From a virus (lineage: Duplodnaviria; Caudoviricetes), in IMG/VR virus record IMGVR_UViG_3300017909_002071, positions 1 to 28,645 of that record: a stretch of 28,645 bases of DNA, one strand, 5' to 3'. The notes under the pieces were generated by a model. That model saw only the letters and a list, made by a program, of their open reading frames with translations, was not told where the DNA came from and did not search any database. Position 1 is the first letter of the stretch, and each line of letters starts with the position of its first letter. Positions 24,565 to 28,645 of the stretch are shown in pieces. The position numbers were made by a program, and so were the translations under genes.

Positions 24565-25040
24565 AATTTTTTAGTTACTTGAACGTCTTGTATGCAGTAA
24601 TCCTGCATTTCTTGAGACCATTCAGACCAATCAGCGTCCTTACCAAAGCTGCCCTTGTATTCAGACAGCCTGTGACCGTACGCTTCGAGACTGTGACGAC
24701 CGTAAAGCTGCAGTGGCATGTTCTCCCACTTGTGCTTCATGTCTAGGTCTCTCATATCCGTGTGATACAACCGCGAGAGAAGAAGGGTATCGATAACCAA
24801 GGCGGTCGGTTGAAACCACGAATAGATTTTTTGTAAGCAGGGTAAGTCGTACCCAATGATGTTGTGACCGACAATGACTTCAGCGTCTTCCAATCGTTGA
24901 ACGCCACGAGTAATGGGTTCAGCATTACCCTCGTCGTTGTATATGAGAGTTTGGTCAGTTTCTGAGTCGTAGATGACCAGACAGTGAATGCGGGTAACAT
25001 CATCAAGTAGACCGTTGCTTTCCAGGTCGAATACCAGCAT
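24525..25040 (-). CDS. DNA polymerase 3'-5' exonuclease domain (N-terminal part of T7 gp5-like)
   Basis: 171 aa; ExoI FDLE, ExoII GHNIIGYD, HSLEAYG, ExoIII YCIQD; ends at TAG inside the polymerase ORF. Confidence 0.93.
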   Translation of the reverse strand: MLVFDLESNGLLDDVTRIHCLVIYDSETDQTLIYNDEGNAEPITRGVQRLEDAEVIVGHNIIGYDLPCLQKIYSWFQPTALVIDTLLLSRLYHTDMRDLDMKHKWENMPLQLYGRHSLEAYGHRLSEYKGSFGKDADWSEWSQEMQDYCIQDVQVTKKLCDHFHPYLSGSR

Positions 25041-25170
25041 TTTTCCATTGGTAAGTTTTGTCTACAAATTTAGCACGCTCTACCATTTCAGGCGTGGGAG
25101 GTGTTGGGCGACGGAGATCACGTTTAGTACTAGAAATCGGTTGCCGGGTTGAAATCGGGTTGAGCTTCAT
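25003..25170 (-). CDS. Small hypothetical protein (55 aa) bridging helicase and polymerase genes
   Basis: Hand translation MKLNPISTRQPISSTKRDLRRPTPPTPEMVERAKFVDKTYQWKNAGIRPGKQRST; covers the 89-nt gap. Confidence 0.5.
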   Translation of the reverse strand: MKLNPISTRQPISSTKRDLRRPTPPTPEMVERAKFVDKTYQWKNAGIRPGKQRST

Positions 25171-26713
25171 GTTCAATAAACTTACAGGTGTTCAGATCGT
25201 AGTTCAGTTCTCCAGCGATACCAACCTCGCCAGAATATCGATTCTTAAGGATTCTAACAGTCGTACGGCTTCGTTCAGATCCGTTCTGCTGATCTCGTTC
25301 GAGCGCAATACATGCGTCGCTGAGTTGAGCAATTGAAGCAGATCCCCTGAGCTGTCCGAGCGTAACTCTAGCACCTTCTTCATGATTGACATCTGATGTG
25401 GTTCTCCGTAGGTGGGAAACAAGGAACAATGATATACCAGTGCGTTCAACAAGTGAGCGCAGCTTGGTCATGGTTGTGTCGATCATACGACGCTCATCAC
25501 CGTCAAGCCCGCTGAGCAGGATGCTGAGGTGATCGAGGAATACAACACGAGTTTCAAGACCCGATGCCATGTACTCGATACGTTCGTAGATGTGATCAGG
25601 ATCATAGCTCCCGAAGCCATCAAACAAATGTAAGTTCCAATTGGCAATCGTCTTGTCGAAAGCGTCAGTCAGTTCAGCGCGGCTGTGCTCACCTAAGTGC
25701 AGGGATTTGCCAACCTTTGCTGACATCAATCCGAGAGCTGTACGACGGTTGGATTCTTCAAGTGCCAGGTAACCGACCCGTTCTCCTTTACATAGCAGAT
25801 GAGTTGCGAGTTCACGACAAAAGGAGCTTTTTCCGATCCCGCTTCCAGCAGTAATCGTGACAAGTTCTCCATACCGGATCCCGTGTAGTTTGTTTTGCAG
25901 TCCTTGAAATGGGTACTCATGATCTGCTGGTGGTGATGGTGTGGTGATGATGTCGAGCAAAGATTTTGCATCGACGATCCCGTCTGGTTTGTATTGGACG
26001 TGCTCGTAGTTACATACGGCACGGATAGCCTCACTGTCTCCGGCTTGTAAAGCCTCTGAGGCATCCTTGTAGTCCTCTAGAGCACCGATGAAAACCTTGC
26101 CAGGTGGTAGGACACCGGCAGCCTCCTTGGCAGCCTTCTGACCGGCTTCATCGTTGTCGAAGAACAGGACAATCTTGTCGTAATAATTGACCCATTCGTA
26201 GTTGTGTTGGATCGCTTTCTTTGCAGCAGGCGCACCGTTCGGGATAGATACTACATCCCAGTTTGGTTGTGCCTCCCACACAGACAAAGCATCCATCTCA
26301 CCTTCTACGATGACTAGCTTTTGTTCTTTCTTTGTGGTTTTGTGACGGAAGTTTTGCATTCCGTACAGTGTTTTGACCTCGCCTTCACAACGGAAGTCTT
26401 TGTCTTTGGTTTTTATCTTTGCGCCGAGAAGTGTTCCAGCGCTGTTGTAATAATGGAAGCGTAGCTGTTCTCCGTCCTTGTAGGCTTTGAACAGTTCACA
26501 GGTTTTTTCTGAGATTCGTCGCTTCTGCAGCCGTCCAGCTGAGCCTTGTAGGTTGACATCTCGCATTTGATGAGTGTGATTTGTGGTTTCGTTACCACTT
26601 GTGTGCGTAAAGCATCTGAAACAAAAAGCGTGACCGTCTGAGTACAGGCTATTTGCATCAGACGATCCGCAGTTGTCGCACGGCATGTGCCGTACAAATT
26701 CAGAGTCGCTCAT
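25130..26713 (-). CDS. DNA primase-helicase (T7 gp4-like)
   Basis: Zn finger CDNC...CFRC, TOPRIM EGEMD and DND, Walker A AGSGIGKS, LDHL, LRGS, KNR; ATG 26713 overlaps the endonuclease stop (ATGA). Confidence 0.97.
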   Translation of the reverse strand: MSDSEFVRHMPCDNCGSSDANSLYSDGHAFCFRCFTHTSGNETTNHTHQMRDVNLQGSAGRLQKRRISEKTCELFKAYKDGEQLRFHYYNSAGTLLGAKIKTKDKDFRCEGEVKTLYGMQNFRHKTTKKEQKLVIVEGEMDALSVWEAQPNWDVVSIPNGAPAAKKAIQHNYEWVNYYDKIVLFFDNDEAGQKAAKEAAGVLPPGKVFIGALEDYKDASEALQAGDSEAIRAVCNYEHVQYKPDGIVDAKSLLDIITTPSPPADHEYPFQGLQNKLHGIRYGELVTITAGSGIGKSSFCRELATHLLCKGERVGYLALEESNRRTALGLMSAKVGKSLHLGEHSRAELTDAFDKTIANWNLHLFDGFGSYDPDHIYERIEYMASGLETRVVFLDHLSILLSGLDGDERRMIDTTMTKLRSLVERTGISLFLVSHLRRTTSDVNHEEGARVTLGQLRGSASIAQLSDACIALERDQQNGSERSRTTVRILKNRYSGEVGIAGELNYDLNTCKFIEHEAQPDFNPATDF

Positions 26714-27063
26714 AGGAGCCACTTAATAGGTATGTTAGAAAATGAGCACCAAGGGATGTTGTTTTTATCACACCACTTGGCGTAAGTTGTTTTACTTTTC
26801 TTTGATATTGTGTTGTAGGGTGCCTGGAAGACCATGCGTAAGTCAAGGTCAGGATTCTGTTCCTTGACTGATTTGATTTTCTTCCGGTCAGCACTGTCCC
26901 AATACCCTTTGCACTCTAGTATAACACCGTTCGGAAGAACGAAGTCAGGGCAGTACATGTGAGATATGGTATATGGGACTTTAGAACATTCGTACTCGTA
27001 CTTGACACCCAGCTCAACGAGAAGGTCGGCAACCTTTTCTTCGAGTCTGGATCGAAAAGCCAT
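26710..27063 (-). CDS. Endonuclease I / Holliday junction resolvase (T7 gp3-like)
   Basis: FRSRLEEKVA, YCPDFVLPNG, ECKG, DLRMVF and TTYAKWC motifs. Confidence 0.95.
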   Translation of the reverse strand: MAFRSRLEEKVADLLVELGVKYEYECSKVPYTISHMYCPDFVLPNGVILECKGYWDSADRKKIKSVKEQNPDLDLRMVFQAPYNTISKKSKTTYAKWCDKNNIPWCSFSNIPIKWLL

Positions 27064-27257
27064 TAGTCGTCCATGTGCTTTTCAATGATGGCTTCAACGA
27101 CATCAGTAACGGCACGAGACATCTCGTACTTGAAATCGTTTTTATCTGCTTTGTAACGAGTAACGCAGATAGGAGGCAGCTGAATATCCAGCGTGCCTTT
27201 GTAAACACCGGTCACCTCATCACGAGATACGGTGTATTGGAAATCAGAAGTCGTCAT
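27063..27257 (-). CDS. Hypothetical protein (64 aa)
   Basis: From ATG 27257 (MTTSDFQYTV...IIEKHMDD); overlaps the SSB end and is TAATG-coupled to the endonuclease. Confidence 0.7.
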   Translation of the reverse strand: MTTSDFQYTVSRDEVTGVYKGTLDIQLPPICVTRYKADKNDFKYEMSRAVTDVVEAIIEKHMDD

Positions 27258-27810
27258 CGGGTTCACCTGCATCGTTGGAAATGTTGGGCTCGCCAACTTT
27301 AAAGCCTTCGGTCTTGCCGAACAGCTCAGCTACATCAGCTTCATCCATGTCACCAGTGTCAACACCAGCAGAGGATGCAAGCGAGATAACTTGCACAGCC
27401 TTGAGCTTCAAGCTAGTGCCGTAGGTTACACCGTCCTTGAGGATGTAAGGCTTTTGAAAGAATGCAAGCTTGACTTTAGCGCCGCCATATAGAGGGGTAT
27501 CGGTGTCTTCAATAAGAGTTCCCTCAGTGTCAACAACAGGAGGCTTGGTTTCGTCATTCCATGTGAACTTAACAGTGTACTTGCCCTCAGAAACTTCTTC
27601 CCAGGGCTCAGGCTTCAGCACAGAACGCTTCGGATTCTTCAGTTTTGATTCAGCCCACTTGATGGACTCAGTGCGGTCAGCTTCCAGCTGATCCACGATG
27701 TCTTGACCGACCACAGCCATAAGCTTGTAGCCGAATTTACCGGGTTGCAGTACAGCTTGGTAGCCTTCGAGGACCACGGGCTGTTCAGTTTTGATGATGG
27801 TACGTGCCAT
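27244..27810 (-). CDS. Single-stranded DNA-binding protein (T7 gp2.5-like)
   Basis: 188 aa; GTSLKLKAVQV strand and acidic tail ending in Phe (EPDDDF); synteny. Confidence 0.9.
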   Translation of the reverse strand: MARTIIKTEQPVVLEGYQAVLQPGKFGYKLMAVVGQDIVDQLEADRTESIKWAESKLKNPKRSVLKPEPWEEVSEGKYTVKFTWNDETKPPVVDTEGTLIEDTDTPLYGGAKVKLAFFQKPYILKDGVTYGTSLKLKAVQVISLASSAGVDTGDMDEADVAELFGKTEGFKVGEPNISNDAGEPDDDF

Positions 27811-28645
27811 TTAGCAGAAAAAGTAGGTGGAATCGATAACCGATGAGGGTTCTAGTGTATCACACATCGGTGGGTCAGTCTCTGCCCCAATTTGGCGGGC
27901 AAAGTCAGTTAAGAAGTCATGCTCCGCAAAGAGGTGCATGTATGTCTCACGAACAATGGATGAAAGAACACCCATGTCAGTAGCACGACACAAAACCGAG
28001 TCGTGTATGAAGGAAATCGGAGCGTCGAAGCGGAGTGCAGATAAGTGAAGGAGGCTTGCATCAAGTGAGTGGATGAGATTAGGCGCTGTTGCGTTCTTGT
28101 GATGAGACTTATCAACCTTGTCGCTTTCATCTGTTGCCACCTTGATCTGACACCTGCCGAGTAACTGTAGCTCAATGTCCTTGACTACAGGTTTCATCAG
28201 CCGTTGAGTGACGACAAACCCTGATGGTGTAGTCCATGTTAACTCAGTTAAACCGCGGTCAATCGCCTTACCGACCTCCAACTCAATCCATGCCATGACT
28301 TCCATGGGACCAGGAACAATGATGTCCATGGCATCACGTACAGCCTTGACAGTAAGAGTTAGATCCTCCTTACTAACTTCAACACCCTTTTCCTTCAGTG
28401 CTTCACGAATGTAGCCACGGTTGGAAAAAGGTTTTGCGTTGTAAGGTACGGTCATTACTACACGTTTGACAGTTTTTCTGTCCATGTAGGGTTTGATTGA
28501 GTCGGGTACATGTGGGGTAGCTTGTTGAGCCACCACTTTGTACGCATCCTGAGGCTTGTCTGATGGTAAAACATTGACAAGCTTAGCGGTTGAGGCATCT
28601 CGTGCAACTCCTGCAAGTATCTGAAGACCACTGCAAGTAGCATCT
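27811..28645 (-). CDS. T7-like single-subunit RNA polymerase, C-terminal part (truncated by window edge)
   Basis: Frame is open to the window end: DATCSGLQIL (motif A), RKTVKRVVMTVPY (motif B), PNLIHSLDAS, IHDS (motif C), terminal YFFC. Confidence 0.96.
   Translation of the reverse strand, partial: DATCSGLQILAGVARDASTAKLVNVLPSDKPQDAYKVVAQQATPHVPDSIKPYMDRKTVKRVVMTVPYNAKPFSNRGYIREALKEKGVEVSKEDLTLTVKAVRDAMDIIVPGPMEVMAWIELEVGKAIDRGLTELTWTTPSGFVVTQRLMKPVVKDIELQLLGRCQIKVATDESDKVDKSHHKNATAPNLIHSLDASLLHLSALRFDAPISFIHDSVLCRATDMGVLSSIVRETYMHLFAEHDFLTDFARQIGAETDPPMCDTLEPSSVIDSTYFFC

Noticed and set aside
23290-25040. Calling the split DNA polymerase a pseudogene
   Set aside because: All exonuclease and polymerase catalytic motifs are intact and the only break is at the domain boundary
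24752-25048. 98-aa alternative-frame ORF over the polymerase exonuclease domain, and similar nested minus-strand ORFs
   Set aside because: Fully nested in well-supported genes, no motifs
1-28645. Repeated phage RNA polymerase promoters, tRNAs, CRISPR arrays, integrase or att sites
   Set aside because: No repeated promoter-like consensus, cloverleaf, repeat-spacer array or recombinase found by eye; a motif search on intergenic regions would be needed to exclude promoters

Overview
This window is the central part of a T7-like (Autographiviridae-type) marine cyanopodovirus genome, and all credible genes are on the minus strand. In transcription order (right to left) it starts with the C-terminal part of the phage RNA polymerase, SSB, endonuclease I and primase-helicase. 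Next come a DNA polymerase split into overlapping exonuclease and polymerase ORFs, an inserted 2OG-Fe(II) oxygenase, an endonuclease VII-like gene and the 5'-3' exonuclease. These are followed by an overlapping NblA-like gene, DUF3310, a MazG-like gene, a minimal class I ribonucleotide reductase (alpha and beta), portal and scaffold. A 2.7-kb auxiliary island then holds hli, three very basic micro-ORFs, an outer-membrane-type protein, psbA, a glutamine-II riboswitch in front of a YRG-motif peptide, a Cys-rich peptide and a structured leader. The window ends with the major capsid gene and its terminator, tail tube A/B, internal virion proteins and the start of the tail fibre. psbA and nblA point to a phycobilisome-bearing Synechococcus host (inference). 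The most notable features are (1) the riboswitch-peptide module between psbA and the capsid gene, (2) the -1-frame split of the DNA polymerase with an A6 run and downstream stem-loop, (3) the hidden nblA, and (4) an endonuclease insertion that appears to have duplicated the exonuclease start region. All assignments come from reading motifs by eye; no searches were run.
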